Assembly (NCBI RefSeq): GCF_009914755.1
Contig: NC_060933.1
Length of the DNA stretch: 64,000 bases
Reading direction: 5' to 3' (one strand)
Source of the DNA: the human T2T-CHM13v2.0 reference genome, Homo sapiens
Shown here: positions 1 through 19,230 of the stretch, piece by piece
Layout: every line of letters starts with the position of its first letter
Numbering within the stretch: the first letter of the stretch is position 1
Translations under genes and position numbers: made by a program
The notes under the pieces: model-generated
Database searches by the model: none
What the model was told of the DNA's origin: nothing
Seen by the model: the letters and a program-made list of their open reading frames with translations, nothing else

Positions 1-126
1 ATTACCTAATGTGAATGACGAGTTAATGGGTGCAGCACACCAACATGGCACATGTATACATATGTAACAAGACTGCACGTCGTGTGCATGTACCCTAGAG
101 CTTAAAGTATTCAAAAAAAAAAAAAA
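1..126 (+). mobile_element. 3' end of a primate L1PA element with poly(A)
   Basis: GGGTGCAGCACACCAACATGGCACATGTATACATATGTAAC...CTTAAAGTAT followed by an A-tail. Confidence 0.9.
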
Positions 127-600
127 GGAGCCCTAATGAACCTCCCCAAGTTGAGATATGGAACAGCTGAACCTTGGAAGTAAGGGTGAATTACAAGTAG
201 ACAGACCCTAATTGGAATCAGCTTCAAATCATCTCCATCCCTGCAACTAGAATAAGGTAATTCTGGAATGCCATTGCCTCTGAAGAGCCTGGCAGAAGCA
301 AATTTAAAGCCTTTCTGGAGGAAGACATCACAGGCCTCAACTTATTGCTATAAGCAATTTTTTGCATTGTATTTTGCAAATACAATTTCTGGCTCATGAA
401 GAGATAATATAGCATGAATGAAAACCAGCAAAACCAGTAGACAATAGAAATAACTCCACAGGGGCTCCAAATGTTGGCATGATAACAAACCAACTTTAAA
501 GTAACTATGTTTACCATCCTCAAAGGCATCGTTAAGAATTTCAGCAGAGGACTGGGAATAATAAAAAAGGACCTAAATGGAAATTCAAGAACCAAAAACA

Positions 601-1216
<616 letters not shown>

Positions 1217-2000
1217 CAATCATCAATAATAAGTAATTATGGATAGGTTTACCAGTTGATCTGACAAACTAAAGAGAGAATGTATGAATTAGAAAATAAG
1301 TCAGAAAAAAACAGAAATAGGTGCAGAGAGACAAAAGTATGGAAAATACAGAAGAGAGGAAATGATTCATAAAGAGTGCGATGAGAAGTTCTAACACATG
1401 TATAATTCAAGTTCCTGTAAGACAGAAGAGAGAGATAACGGGGTAGAAGAAAAGCCTGAAGGATTAATGGCTGAAGACTTTCCAAAAACGAAGAAAGGTA
1501 TCAAATCACAGATTCAAGAAATCCTAGAAACCCAGGCAGAATAAATAAAAAGAAGTCTGCACCCGGACACATCATAGTACATTGGACACATAGTCTACAT
1601 GGGACACATCAAAACCAGTGACAAAGAGAAAATCTTAAAAGCAGTCAAAGGAATAAAGATGCATTATCTTCCAAAAAAAAAAAAAGCAACAATTTAATCA
1701 ATGACTTCTGCTCAGAAATAATGAAAACCAGCAGACAATGGAATTACATATTTAAGGTACTGAAAGAAAATAACTGCCAAATTTGAATTCTATATTCAGC
1801 AAAAATACCCTTCAAGGAGAAAGGTAAGATTCTGATTCAAAAAAAAAAAAACTGTAAATAAAAGAATAAGAAAAAATCGGAGGAATTTGAATACTGACTG
1901 AATATTTGATAGTAAGTAATTTAATTTATTTTAAATTGTCGTGGTTTTTTTTAACGAGTACTTATCTTTTAGGGATAGACACTAAAGAATTTACAGATGA

Positions 2001-2315
<315 letters not shown>

Positions 2316-2595
2316 TGATGCCAGGGACTTTCTTCAAAATAACCTGGAACTGGGTGGGGACTGTGTGGTGGGAAACAGATTGGATAGGTGCTGATAATTG
2401 TTGAAGTTAAATAATGGATATACAGCTTCATTATACTAGTCTCTCTACTTTTGCATATGTTTGAAGTTTTCCATTGTAAAAATTTCTCAAAAAGAATGAA
2501 AGTAAAATAAAGACATTTTCAGACAAATAAAAATGAGAAAATCTGTCACTGATTGAGCCATACTAAAAAATGTTCTTTAGGTCAAAGGAAAATGA

Positions 2596-2960
<365 letters not shown>

Positions 2961-3578
2961 TTATAAACCTGAATTGATGCTGGCTGCATAAAGCAATAAT
3001 AATAACATGAGGTTGGAAATGAAATTAAAACGTATAACAACAATGACGTAAAAGCCAAGACAGTAAATGGAGTAAAAGTGTTCCAAGGTTCTTGCACTAT
3101 CCTGGAAGAAGATAAATTCCTATTAGACTTAAATAAGTCAAGGGTGGATATAGTAATCCCTGTAGTATTACTAAAAGAATAGTGAAAGGGTGCATAATTT
3201 CCAAGCCGGTAGAGAAAAAATGTAGAAAAGTTAAAAATATATTATCAATTCAAAAGAAGGCAAGAAAGGAGAGAAAAGGGAATATAGAGCACATAAAGAG
3301 TGCTCTTTCAGCATACAAACATGCTCTGGTATCTCTCACTCTTAAAATTCTTCCTTGGCCTATTATTTCTTTTCATACTCCACCTCATTTCTCTGCTTTC
3401 CTTCATAGCGAAACTTCTAGAAACAGTTGCCCCCAAAATGCTATTTCTGCTCCCTCAATCTGTTCACTCCCACCCTATTCCAATATAACTTTCCTCTCTA
3501 CCATTCCACAAAGTCTTCTCACGTCAAAGCCACTGATGATGACTGAGGATGACTGAGGAGACAAATACAAAGCATTTA

Positions 3579-3872
3579 GGGCTGGGCGCGGTGGCTTACG
3601 CCTGTAATCCAGCACTTTGGAAGGCCGAGGCAGGTGGATCATGAGGTCAGGAGCTCAAGACCAGCCTAGCCAACATGGTGAAACTCCGTCTCTACTAAAA
3701 ATACAAAAATTAGCCGGGCATGGTGGCATGCGCCTGTAATCCCAGCTACCTTGGGAGGCTGAGGCCAGAGAATAGCTTGAACCTGGGAGGCAGAGGTTGC
3801 AGTGAGCCAAGTTCATGCCACTGCACTCCAGCCTGGGCAACAGAGCAAGACTCCGTCTCAAAAAAAAAAAAA
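3579..3872 (+). mobile_element. AluS
   Basis: Full dimeric Alu. Confidence 0.9.
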
Positions 3873-4019
3873 GAAAGAACTTAATAAAATTATAGATTCA
3901 GACTGAAATATACCAATAGTTACAGTGAATATAAATGGAAAAGAAATTCTCCAGTTAAAATACAAGAATTAGTAGACAGGTTTAAAAAACAAACAACATG
4001 CTATTTACCAGAGACAGAG

Positions 4020-4072
4020 GTAAGGCATAAGGATACAGTAAGGCATAAGGATACAGGTAAGGCATAAGGATA
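4020..4072 (+). repeat. Tandem repeat GTAAGGCATAAGGATACA(G), ~3 copies
   Basis: Direct inspection. Confidence 0.85.
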
Positions 4073-4150
4073 TGGAAAAAAGGATACAGTAAAAGGACTG
4101 AGAAATATAAAATTGGAAGACTCTAAAAGAAAGCTGATATAGCTGTATTT

Positions 4151-4218
4151 TATATATATATGTGTGTATATATACGTGTATATATATGTATATATATAGT
4201 GTGTGTATATATATATAT
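4151..4218. repeat. (TA/TG)n microsatellite
   Basis: Direct inspection. Confidence 0.85.
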
Positions 4219-4314
4219 AAAATAAAAGGTTGGTTTCCTCCTTCCTTTTAAAGTATATAATTCAATTTTTTTTCAGTATGTTCAAAATATTATGCAGCCA
4301 TCACCACTATATAA

Positions 4315-4650
<336 letters not shown>

Positions 4651-4836
4651 AAAAAGTCTTAAACCCAGAAGATACAACAATCCTAAATTGCTAAATCTCT
4701 AATAACATAGTCTCAAAGCACAAGACGTAAGAACTGATAGAACTACAAAGACAAATAGAAAAAGCTACAAGCCTAGTGGGAAATTTTCAACAAGCAAAGA
4801 GTATAGAAGATTTGATTTCAAAATTCATTAAGGTAG

Positions 4837-5200
<364 letters not shown>

Positions 5201-5242
5201 CTAAGAGACATACACAGAACACTGTCCCCTAAAATTCTGACT

Positions 5243-5645
<403 letters not shown>

Positions 5646-6107
5646 ACAAAACTTTTTCCTTTGAACATAATTATGAGATTGAAATAACAAGGAAAAAGAC
5701 TTTTTCAGCGATATGAAAATCTAAGGAGGATATTATGAGTAAGGAAAATTACCTACTAATTTTGGTCATGAACATAGATGTAAAAATCCTAAATAGTAGA
5801 TTAGCCAACCAAATCTTGCTATAGATAAAAAGGTCACTACATAATGAGTAAATTGTTTCTATTCTAGGAATGCAAGTTTGGCTTAACACTTGAAAACCAA
5901 TCCAAGAAATCTACCCCGTTAACAGAATAAGGGAGAAAAATCACGTGATCATTTTAATAGATGCCGAAAAGCATTTAATAAAATTCAACATCCATTCATG
6001 ATTAAACCAAAACAATACAAAACAAAAAACTTAACTCTTACCAAACAAGGAATAGAAGGGAATTTTCTTAGTATAATGAAAGTCTACATAAAACTATATC
6101 AAATATC

Positions 6108-6442
<335 letters not shown>

Positions 6443-6470
6443 TAATGGTGAAACTTTAGTTTTCCTTTAG

Positions 6471-6929
<459 letters not shown>

Positions 6930-7076
6930 TAGAAGATACTTAGAAAATCCAAATGAATGTGGAGAAAATTATTAGAATTAGTTATCAAGGTTACTGAATA
7001 CAAAGTCAATATACGAAAATTGTGTTTACATATATGAGCAACAAAAGAAAAATATGTTTCAAAAGGCTATCATTTA

Positions 7077-7390
<314 letters not shown>

Positions 7391-7930
7391 AGAGTAAAAA
7401 TATATACAATACCTGGGAAAAAATAATAAAAATGTATAAGATCCCTGTGAAGAAATGCAAGAAGACCTAAACCAAAAGAGGATTCTATCTTGTTTATACG
7501 TTGAAGGTTTGATGTTTTAAAGATATCAGGTCTCTTATAGTGATCCATAAACTTACCAGCATTTCAATCAATATCTCAAAAAGTGGGGTGATTATGGTGG
7601 GGTTTTTTGGTGGCTCTTGAGAGGCTGATTGTAAAGTTCTTATGGAAATGCAAGAGCCAAGACACTCAATAAAAAAAGAACAAGTTTCAGTAAAAAGGTA
7701 CAGTATGGTAGTGGGACAACGATAGATAAATAAAGCCATGAACTAGAATAGAGTCCAGGGACAGACCCTCACAGGAAAGGACAGTTGCTTTATGACCAAG
7801 GTGGCATTGAAGTACAGTGGAGAAAGGACAACAGCTTTTCAATAAACAGTACTGGGATAATTGTGGATGTCCACAAAAAAGCAATTTGCCTACAGTTCCC
7901 CAGTGACTATGTGGTGAAGCCAAGTCTTTA

Positions 7931-8106
7931 TTATTTTTTTATTTGTCTTGAGATAGAGTCCACGCCCGGCTAATTTTTGTATTTTTAGGACAGACAGGGT
8001 TTCAACAAGTTGGCCATGCTGGTCTCGAACTCCTGACCTCAGGTGATCTGCCTGCCTCAGCCTCCCAAAATGCTGGAATTACAGGCATGAGCCATCATGC
8101 CCGGCC
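7931..8106 (-). mobile_element. Alu missing most of its right arm, with 16-bp TSD
   Basis: TGAAGCCAAGTCTTTA at 7915-7930 and 8107-8122. Confidence 0.85.
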
Positions 8107-8971
8107 TGAAGCCAAGTCTTTAAACCCAAACGTATCTGGCTCTAAAGTCCATACTCTTTACATTTGGCCAACCACCATGTCACGTCCCAAAGCTGTGGTG
8201 AGCAACAGGCCTCCCAAGCTATGGAGGTGTTCTGTGACCCAGTAAATGTTGTGAATACCTGCAGAGGAGATAATTACTGCCTTCCAGGTTGGCAGGGTCT
8301 CCTTGGCCCATAGCCCTAAAGCTCCTACTGGGTTCCCCTCCTCTCTGGTAAAGTACAGCTGGCACCTGACCACCAAGCCCCTTTGAAAAAGAGTGGCCCT
8401 CTGGTTGACTCTGGCAAGGGGGACTTCAGCAGGGGGCTGGCCTTACAGCCAAGGTACTCAGGACTGAATACCCCCAGGGCGCTGTGAGAGGCTGATGCTC
8501 TGAGGTTCCCTTGGGGTCAGCCTCAGGCCAGAATTTGGTCACCAGAACTAGGTCACCAGAGACTCTTGGGACAAGTTTTGTGTTTTACTTTTTAAGCTGA
8601 ACTTTGTGTTTTTGTGGCTTTGGTTCAGGGGTAGAACCCAGCTGAAGAAGGAAAAGCAGTAGAGCCTTCCAGGAAAACACGCAGAGGAGGCCTAGTTCCC
8701 TTTGGCCTCTTGGCCATGCCCTGGGGGATCCCTCGGAACTACCAGGGACTGCCCTTCCTCCATTCCTCCCTTCCCTAGTTTCCTGGATTGACAAAGTAGA
8801 CCTTTGTTTCTGGCTTTGAGACCTTGAGGGAGGATAAGAGTCCTGTCTTTAGCACCCTAGCAGTAACTATAATCAGGCTGAAGAGTTTTCTTAGAAATAC
8901 AAAATGGCAGCTTGGAAAGGCCCTCGTAGCCTCCTGACCCCGTTTCCAGATGGGGAGTAGAGAGATGATCT

Positions 8972-9922
<951 letters not shown>

Positions 9923-12652
9923 TTCTGGCCTTGGTCACCCAGGGGTCAACCCTAGACTCCCATTACAGCACTTCCTCAGTTCCCTCAACTAATTGCACTC
10001 CCTCAAATTGAGGCATTCCCAGCAGTATGCTAGGATGTGTACTGACATCAGGGTTGGAGAGGGGCCAGGGAAAGGCCTGGCAGGCCTTGTCTCCCACAAA
10101 GAAAACCCTTGGAACAGTCTCCCGGAGGTTGTGGGCAGTGAACCTGCACGACAGGGTAGACCCAAGACAGGAAGAGTGCCCATGGATCCTGGGAGCCAGC
10201 AGGGCCAAGATCTGCCAGCCAAATTCACAGAGGCCACCAAGCCCAGCGCCCTTGAGACACACACAGCATCTGAGTCAGACACAGAGCATTCCAAGCTGGT
10301 AGGAATGGCCCAAGCTGACATATGAGATGTCATGCCCAACAGACAAATTGTTCATGGGGAAGATTTCTCCTGTCCTCAGCATGCAATTCTTCTCTCCCCG
10401 TTCCATAGTCTCATTGTCACTAGGTCAGTGTCTATCCAGAGCAAACCACATGGAACACAAATCATTGAGGCTTGGAGTTGATGAAGTTAAACCCAACAGC
10501 CTGCTTTTTAGCAGTCTTGATTCAGCTTGTCATCAAAACAAACCACAGCCCCTGGCTTCGCTTAGGAAAATGCCTTTGGCTGAGAACTTACAGGGGGTCT
10601 TGGAATAGTGTGGCAATTGCTCTCCCTTGGGAAGAGGGTGTACAGTCGGGGAGGAAAGGTGCCCAGAAGAGAAAGGGAGAACTAAGCAGGCATCTAGGCC
10701 TTATTGGGGAATCCTAGGTCTCCACCTGGACTTCTGGGTCCCCGCAGTCTTCAGACAGACACTGTGCTGAGCCCTCCTGAGCACCAGGTGTTGGCCCAGG
10801 CAGGGCAGGTCCAGGAGGATTAAGAAGCTGTGTTGTCCATGAAGCAGGAACTGGTTGTTGCTGCCCAGAGTGATGCCTCAGAGGCAGAAAACCCCATGTC
10901 TTCAGGTCCACTTGCATCCCCAGCCCTCAGGAGTCTCCCTTCTTCCCTCTTCCCCACGCCTCAGGCCTCCTTGCATCCTCATGGATTGTTTCAGTGTTAA
11001 CCATTCCTGTACATCTCCCAGACCGTGGTGACACCAATGCAATGCCCCTGGTATACGGAACTGTCGCTGTCAAGTTTACTAGGTTCCTAAGTCCTCTAAA
11101 ACAGTAAAGGGAAAACAAAACAAAACACAAACAATCTCATCCCAAAGGTGCTCTTGGCTCCAGCCCTGGATCCAGGCTGTACTTCTCTCGGCAGTGCTGC
11201 TGAGGCCACAGCTTCCCTGGCTGGGGCAAGGAACCTCACAGCCTCCATCGCCCTGCTCCCACACTGTGTGGATGAGGAGCTGGGTCATGGTCCAGTGGCC
11301 AGAGCCCTAGCCTGGGACTCAGGAGGTCTGTGTCAGACCCAAACTCTGTGTGACCTTGTGCAAGTCATGTGAGCTCCCTGAGCCTAAGTTTCCCATGCTG
11401 GAATTATTGTAAGGAGCAACACACGGTACGTGGGAAAGCGCCGAGTGTGCTCATGGAGGGTGAACACGGGTGAGGTGTTCACGAGTCCACCTGCACCCTC
11501 CCTGCCCCACAGGCCCGCCTTGGAGGAAGGTGGGAACTAAGAGCTGGGCCATGGAGCTGGCCTTTCTCCTGTGCTTCTGTCATCAGGGGAGACCAAAGTC
11601 ACTGTGGCCACCGCAACAGGACACAGGGAGCACTCCAAAGGCCCCGGCGACGTTTGATTGTCCAGCATTCCACATCTGTCCCAGAAATGAGTTTCCAACA
11701 GCTCCAGGCTCAGGTCTGTGTCAAAATCCAGATTTCAGGGCCTCCCTCTGCAACAGGGCTCCTAGATTCTGGAGTCAAAGATCTACTAGAAAAGGGGTCC
11801 CCCTTGTCGAGCTCTGATCAGGCACAAGAGGCGAATCTCGCCCCTCCAGAGCCAAGACAGTGTTCCTCTCCTACCGCATTCTTTCCATTCTTTAGTGTCT
11901 TGAGGCTTGACAGTTCAATTGCCCTCACAAAAGAGTGGCAAGAAATGTTGTAACTATTTTTCTAAACCTGAGAGAATTGCCAGAAGCGCCCCCAGCCTGT
12001 GTTGAGCTCCCATTCTGCCTTCTCAGACCTTCCTACAGCCATGCCATTTCCCACCACCTGTGAACAGAGTTCAGGCCTCCACCATTCCCCCAGGGGAGGA
12101 ACCCTGCATCACCCTTCCAAGACTGGGGGACTTATGGGGAATGCAACTCCTCCCAGAAGACAACCCAGCATGTCCTCTCAACAGGGCCAACATTCTGAAC
12201 AAAGGCCTCAGCCCAGGGTGGGGCGGGGACGCTTAGAACAGGGGCCTGGCCCCAGGCTATGTAGAGAAGGAAAATCATCTTCAATTTTTTGCTCATGCAT
12301 CTGCTCCCAGAAACAATTACAGAGTAATTTCTGCACTAAATTATTCATACATTTCCCTGCCTCATATGGAAAGACCATTCTGTAGTTTCCTTTGTTTCCT
12401 TAGGCCTCTTTCCAATCGATAAATATAGATCCGCTTCATCATTCTCAATGGTTGCATAGTACTTGATTGTTTGGATGTACTTCATTTTACTTAGCACAGT
12501 CCCCCGTTGACGGTGGCTTCTCATTTTCCAGGGCTACAAACAGCACTAGGGCGAACACTGACGCACATACATCTTGGGGTGTGACTTTGTTTTCTTAGGA
12601 TGAATTCCTAGAAGTTGACTTGTGAGGTCAAAAGATAGGTCCACTTTTAGGA

Positions 12653-12658
12653 TTTATT
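12653..12658 (-). terminator. Candidate poly(A) signal of the alternative terminal exon
   Basis: Plus-strand TTTATT ~650 nt after the alternative stop codon. Confidence 0.5.
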
Positions 12659-13310
12659 TCTCTATAGTCCACTCCCAGAATGGGTGTGGTAGTACCCTCG
12701 CCAGTACCAAGTCCTGTCTCTCCCAAGTGTCCTGCCCACTCTCCAATCCAGGGTCTAACATGGAGTTCAGGTTCTGCTTCCTGACACCAGGGGACCCTCC
12801 TCTCCTTCAAGACATAACCTATCTAGCTGACTCCATTTTCACCCCCAGGGATAATCCAGCCCCCAGCTTGTCATTTCTTCCTCTAAAAAGCCTCCAGCTC
12901 AGCCCCTAGTTTCCCCCAACAGTCAGTGGGAACCAAGTGGGCACCCTGGGAGTAAGGGGCTCCTTGCTCCCAGTCCTGAGATCTTGACTGAGTCCAGGCT
13001 TCAACTTCTCCACCTAAGCCCCACCTGGCAAAAGGACGGTTGTACCTATGTCATAGCTTTGCCACAGCCCAGACTCCTTAGGGGAGGACAGCATTTGTCT
13101 CGAGAACAGGTAGCCGCTGAAAAGCCAGTCACTGGGGTCAAGGTCCCCAGCTGGATTCAGCAACCAGGCTGAGTCCTTATGACTGGCCAATCCTCCTCAG
13201 GTGGCACAGCCCACACAGCCAGCACGTCTCACGCTCAAATCTCCAGGAAGATGCTGGGACTAACCACCATGCGCTGCCACCTCCAGAGCAGAACAGACCA
13301 GGCGAAGCCT

Positions 13311-13329
13311 TCACCACAGGAGTCTTCTT

Positions 13330-13340
<11 letters not shown>
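13311..13340 (-). CDS. B4GALT1: Coding part of a putative alternative B4GALT1 terminal exon (YEKIRRLLW*)
   Basis: Acceptor TGTGTATTTTACCACAG|TATGAA is in phase 0, compatible with the exon 2 donor. This gives a 216+9=225 aa product, with AATAAA at 12653-12658. It agrees with my recollection of a short annotated isoform. Confidence 0.65.
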
Positions 13341-14810
<1,470 letters not shown>

Positions 14811-16659
14811 CACTTAAGGGAGCCTTCTTAAGGTCAGGAAATCCTAGATCCCTTTGTCAAAGGACAGATGGCCCAGCTGAAAGAAGCCTGGGTAGGGAGT
14901 TTGCTCCCACGCTCCTCTTAACCCTATTTCTTACTCCTGGGAGCTGAGCAGAGGTACAGCCACCCTGTCCGCATCCCTGTGCTTCTCCCTCAGGCCCCTG
15001 GGTACTCTTGACCCTGCTGAGCTTGGTAGGGGATGATCAGGAAGCCTGAGTTTTGGAAGTTAAGGAAGAGCAGGTGAGAGGAAGGATGGAGACAAAGAAG
15101 CACTTCTGAGGGACAGCAATGGAGCGTGGATGGCATTGGGCACAAGAGGGAGATGTCTCCAACGCCATGCCAGCCCTCCCTCACCAGGTAGAACTTTAAT
15201 AGCTTACCCCGTGATGCTCCAGGAAGCCCTGGGAGGGAGGCAGGGAGGGAGGAGAGCAGGAAGGGGTGATCCTGCTGCTTTTACAAATGATGACCCAGAA
15301 ATAAATGGACTTCCCTCAAGAAGACAGAGAAGGTTAGTCGCAGGGCAAGAGGAAAAGTCAACAGCAGGGCACTTCCTACAGAAGACACAGAGACACAGAG
15401 AGGGGAACCAACTTGCCCAGCATCACACAGCAAGTGGGGAGTCAGAGACAGCCACACGTAATGGTCATTGTATGGCTTCCTCCTGGCTTGTCTTTCCAGG
15501 CTCCCTGCCTGGTGACCTGGCACTCACTCTCCCCAAATACACCGTGATATCATTGTGCCCTGTCTCTACTCTTGGTGACCCTGGAACACATCTCGCTGCA
15601 GGGCAAATGTCCTTGGGGTGTCATGTTCCTCTGGTTTCCAGTCTATTGACCCTGTCACTCATAACAACCTCCTCTGCACCTGGGGTTCCTCTGCCTCACA
15701 GCCTGGGTACAGGTCCTGAAGCCCAGAAAAAGGCAGTAGCCACATTCCCTGCCTGGGGACACTGCCAAAGACGGAAATGAGGCTTGCCTGCCATGACCGG
15801 CTCAGCCAGACAAACCTCATTTCCTTTCTGGCATGGTAAGAAGTTCCAGTTCTAAGAAGAAACCAGCCCTTAGGAATGTCTGAAATCCCACCTCCTGGAA
15901 GAAACAAGAGGGAAGGAGCCTGGATATGTGGCAGAAACTTGGTAACCTTCAGAATGTGGTCAATGTGATCATCCTCATTCCCTCCCCTCTCCCCCCACCC
16001 CCACACAGCTGGCCTCAGTCGAGAGCAGCAAACATGTCTCGCCCAGGGAGGCGCCACTCATTCACCCCCAGGGGCAGCCGCCTCCTTGGGCCCCTTGGCC
16101 CTGCCTCCAAAGAACAGCTGTAGGCCAGTGATTTGGCACCTGGGCCACGTTCTCCCATGGAAAAGAGGTGGTATGTGGGGGATCTGGTGATTACTCTCAT
16201 GATTAAGGGGCTCTGCTTGGCTCAGACTTGGTTGTTCTGGGTCCTGTATGAGACTAGAAACAGAGCATTTCTCGAGGAAATGGCTGAGCCTAGGAGCCTG
16301 TCCTTGGCCCTCTTCCTCCTTCCTCCCTCCCTGGTCCCTTGGAGCCCATGGGGAGGGGGTTAAACCTCTTTCCCTCCCCAAGGCTGCCATCCTAAACACC
16401 TTCACTCAGGTGGGGAGTGGAAGGGTGGGGGAAACACTGTTGGTGAGGTCCTGGGTGTCTCCAGAATAGCAGCAGTCACTCGCCCTGAGGTTTACTCACC
16501 CAGCTGCCACATAGCAAAGTTCAAGACGTGTGCCCCAGAAGAGGAAAAGGGAAGATCCCCAGCACCTGAGTGTGTGCATATGTATATCTGTGCAATATGT
16601 ACATGGCAGTCTGTATATGTCAACACATATGCCCACGTGAATTTCAAACAATTAAACAA

Positions 16660-17140
16660 GCATAACACTTGTCGTGCTTATTATGAGCCAGGCATGTTCT
16701 AAGTGCTTCATAAGTATGGTATTAACTCACTTAATCTTCATAACAGCCCTATGAAATAGGTTCTGTTATAACTCCCATTACACAGAACCAGAAACTGAGG
16801 CAGGATTACTTAAGCCCAGGAGTTTGAATCCAGCCTGGGCAACATAGTGAGATCCCTGTCTCTAAAAAACAAACAAATAATAGAAAAATTAGGGGCCAGG
16901 TGCAGTGGCTCACACCTGCAATCCCAGCACTTTGGGAGACTGAGGCAAGAGGATTGCTTGAAGCCGGGAGTTTGAGACCAGCCTGGTCAACATATTGAAA
17001 CTCTGTCTCTAAAAAAAAAAAAAAAAAAAATTCTGAAAGGCATTTTGTGAGAAACTGAGGCACAGAGAGGCCAAGTCATTTGCTCATGGTCACAGAATAA
17101 GAGGCAGTGGCAGGATTTGAATCCAGGTATTCTGACCTCT
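16660..17140. mobile_element. MIR fragments with inserted Alu fragments (16806-16870; 16893-17030)
   Basis: MIR core (GAAACTGAGGCACAGAGAGG..GGATTTGAATCCAGG) plus Alu monomers. Confidence 0.7.
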
Positions 17141-17352
17141 CATAGGCATATGTCAGCTGTGTTATGCATGTTAGTGTGTAGGCATGTGTGGAGGTGTGTG
17201 GGTGGATGCGTGCGTCTGGGTGGATGTGTGTGTCTCTGTGTGTCTGTGTGGATATGTGTCTCAGTGAAGTGGAGCACATCAGTGAAAGGGTGAACTTAAC
17301 CTTTCACTGGTGTGCTCCATCTCACTCAGACCTGACAGCTTGCAAAGTCCTG

Positions 17353-18490
17353 TGTGGCACTGTGAGATAATAAAATATATATATTTGGCCTCTGCGCTGG
17401 GTTCCTGGTACAGAGCCCCTAAAACTCTTATAATTTCCTGAGCAATAGGAGAATTTTTTGTTCTAATATTTATGCTAGGAGAATCTTTTGTTCTAATATT
17501 TATGCTAGGAGAATCTTTTGTTCTAATATTTGGTGCTTGACCCTGGTTCCTGACAGAGCTTCTAATCCCTTGGAATTTCCCGGGTGATAGGAACGTCTTT
17601 TGTTTTAATGAAATGATTCTCAGTGAACTCCTGGATGGGGACTGGTCACCAGAAAGACCAAGCCATGATGAGAAGGTTGGCACTTTCAGTCCCACTCCCA
17701 TCCTTCAGGAAGGGGAAAAGGGCTGAAGGTTGAGCTGACTGGCAATGGCCGATGATGTAGTCTATCAGGCCTATGTGATGAAGCTTCCATAAAAACCAGA
17801 AGGACAGGGTCAGATGAGCTTCCAGATAGCTGAACACGTGGAGGTGTCTGGAGGGTGGAGCCCCTGGAGAGGGCATGGAAGCTTCTCTCCCCCTCCCCCA
17901 TGCCTTGCCCTATGCATCTCTCCATCCGGTTCTTCATCGGTATCCTTTCTAATATCACTTATAATAAGACCAGTAAATGTTAAGTGTTACACTGAGTTCT
18001 GTAAGCTGACCTAGCAAATTAAACCCAAGAAGAGGCTCATAGAAACCCCAATTTATAGCTGGTTGGTCAGAAGTATAGGTCACAACTATAGCTGGGTGAG
18101 TGGTATAAACCTGCAGCTCAGCTACTTCTAAGTTGTGGCGGGAGGATTGTGTGAGCCCAGGAGTTTCAGGCCAGCCTGGGTGACACAGCAAGGCCCTGTA
18201 TCCAAAAAACATTTTTGTAAAGCATAGGTCACAACCAACTACTTGTGACTGGCATCTGCAGTGGAGGCAGTCTTGTGAGACTGAGCCCTCAACCTGTGGG
18301 ATCCGTTGCTATCTCCAGGCAGACAGTGTCAGAATTGAGTTAAACTGTAGGACACCCAGCTAGTGTCCACTAGAAAACTGCTTGTTGGTGGGGAGAAATC
18401 CCTACATATCTAGGGGCAGAACTGAAGTGTTGTGAGTGGTGGTGTGTGAGAAGGAAAGAAACAGGTTTTTTTTTGTTTGTTTTTAATTTT
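17353..18490 (+). mobile_element. MER21-type LTR with a 30-bp internal tandem repeat and an Alu monomer (~18090-18210)
   Basis: AATATATATTTGGCCTCTG..GGTTCCTGGTACAGAGCCCCTAAAAC..; TAGCTGGTTGGTCAGAAGTATAGGTCACAAC. Confidence 0.75.
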
Positions 18491-19224
18491 GTCAGACCCT
18501 CTAAGGCAGCATTTTGTCCAAAGGACCAGAGTTGTCCTGTTTGAAGGCCAGATCTGAACCCCAGGCCACCTTTGCACAGGCCTGAGGTCACCAGGGATCC
18601 CTCCAGCAGTGACATGCAGGCAGGGCCTGCAGCTCCCTGCCAAGGGTGGCTCTCCTGCTCACTGGTTTCCTGCAGCCCTTCTTCAGGAGTGCCAATTCAA
18701 TCCAACCAGCCTGACCCAGGGCCACCAAGGAGGAGGCACCTGGGTAAAAACTAAGACCTTTTAGAGCTTATGGTTACATTTCCTGAGACTGACAAGAAAC
18801 CTCATTTTGGATAATTCCCTTCAAGTTACACTGTGAGCACCTGGTGCAAATGGCCCTGAGATCTACATCTGAATGATCCTGGTATCTGTTGAAAATAGCA
18901 GAATGTGGCCCAAGAACTGCTAGGGGAAAAAAATTCTACTTTGAAATGGCACTAGCTACTATGTAGTGAGTACTTGTGAGGCATTAGTCATTGTTTTACA
19001 TATATCGTCACTTTTAAGCCTCAAAAAAGTCCCTATGTGTTATTATTCCCATTTTACAGATAAGAGAATGAAGTTCAGATGGGGAAATGTCTGATTCCAG
19101 GGAGGCATGTGTATTTGTATGGGTCACAGACCAGGGAATGACCCTGTCCCCACCCCATCCCACAGCCATGACAACCCTTACACCTGGCAAACAGAAACCA
19201 CCTGCAGTTACAAAGATAGGGTCA

Positions 19225-19230
19225 TTTATT
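19225..19230 (-). terminator. Distal polyadenylation signal AATAAA of B4GALT1
   Basis: Plus-strand TTTATT, preceded (in mRNA sense) by AU-rich sequence. Confidence 0.8.

Noticed and set aside
4020-4072. Short direct repeats resembling a CRISPR array (also 17446-17531)
   Set aside because: No unique spacers and the DNA is human; these are simple tandem repeats.
15130-15780. 216-aa plus-strand ORF
   Set aside because: No recognisable domain or homologue and no supporting gene structure; likely chance in GC-rich DNA.
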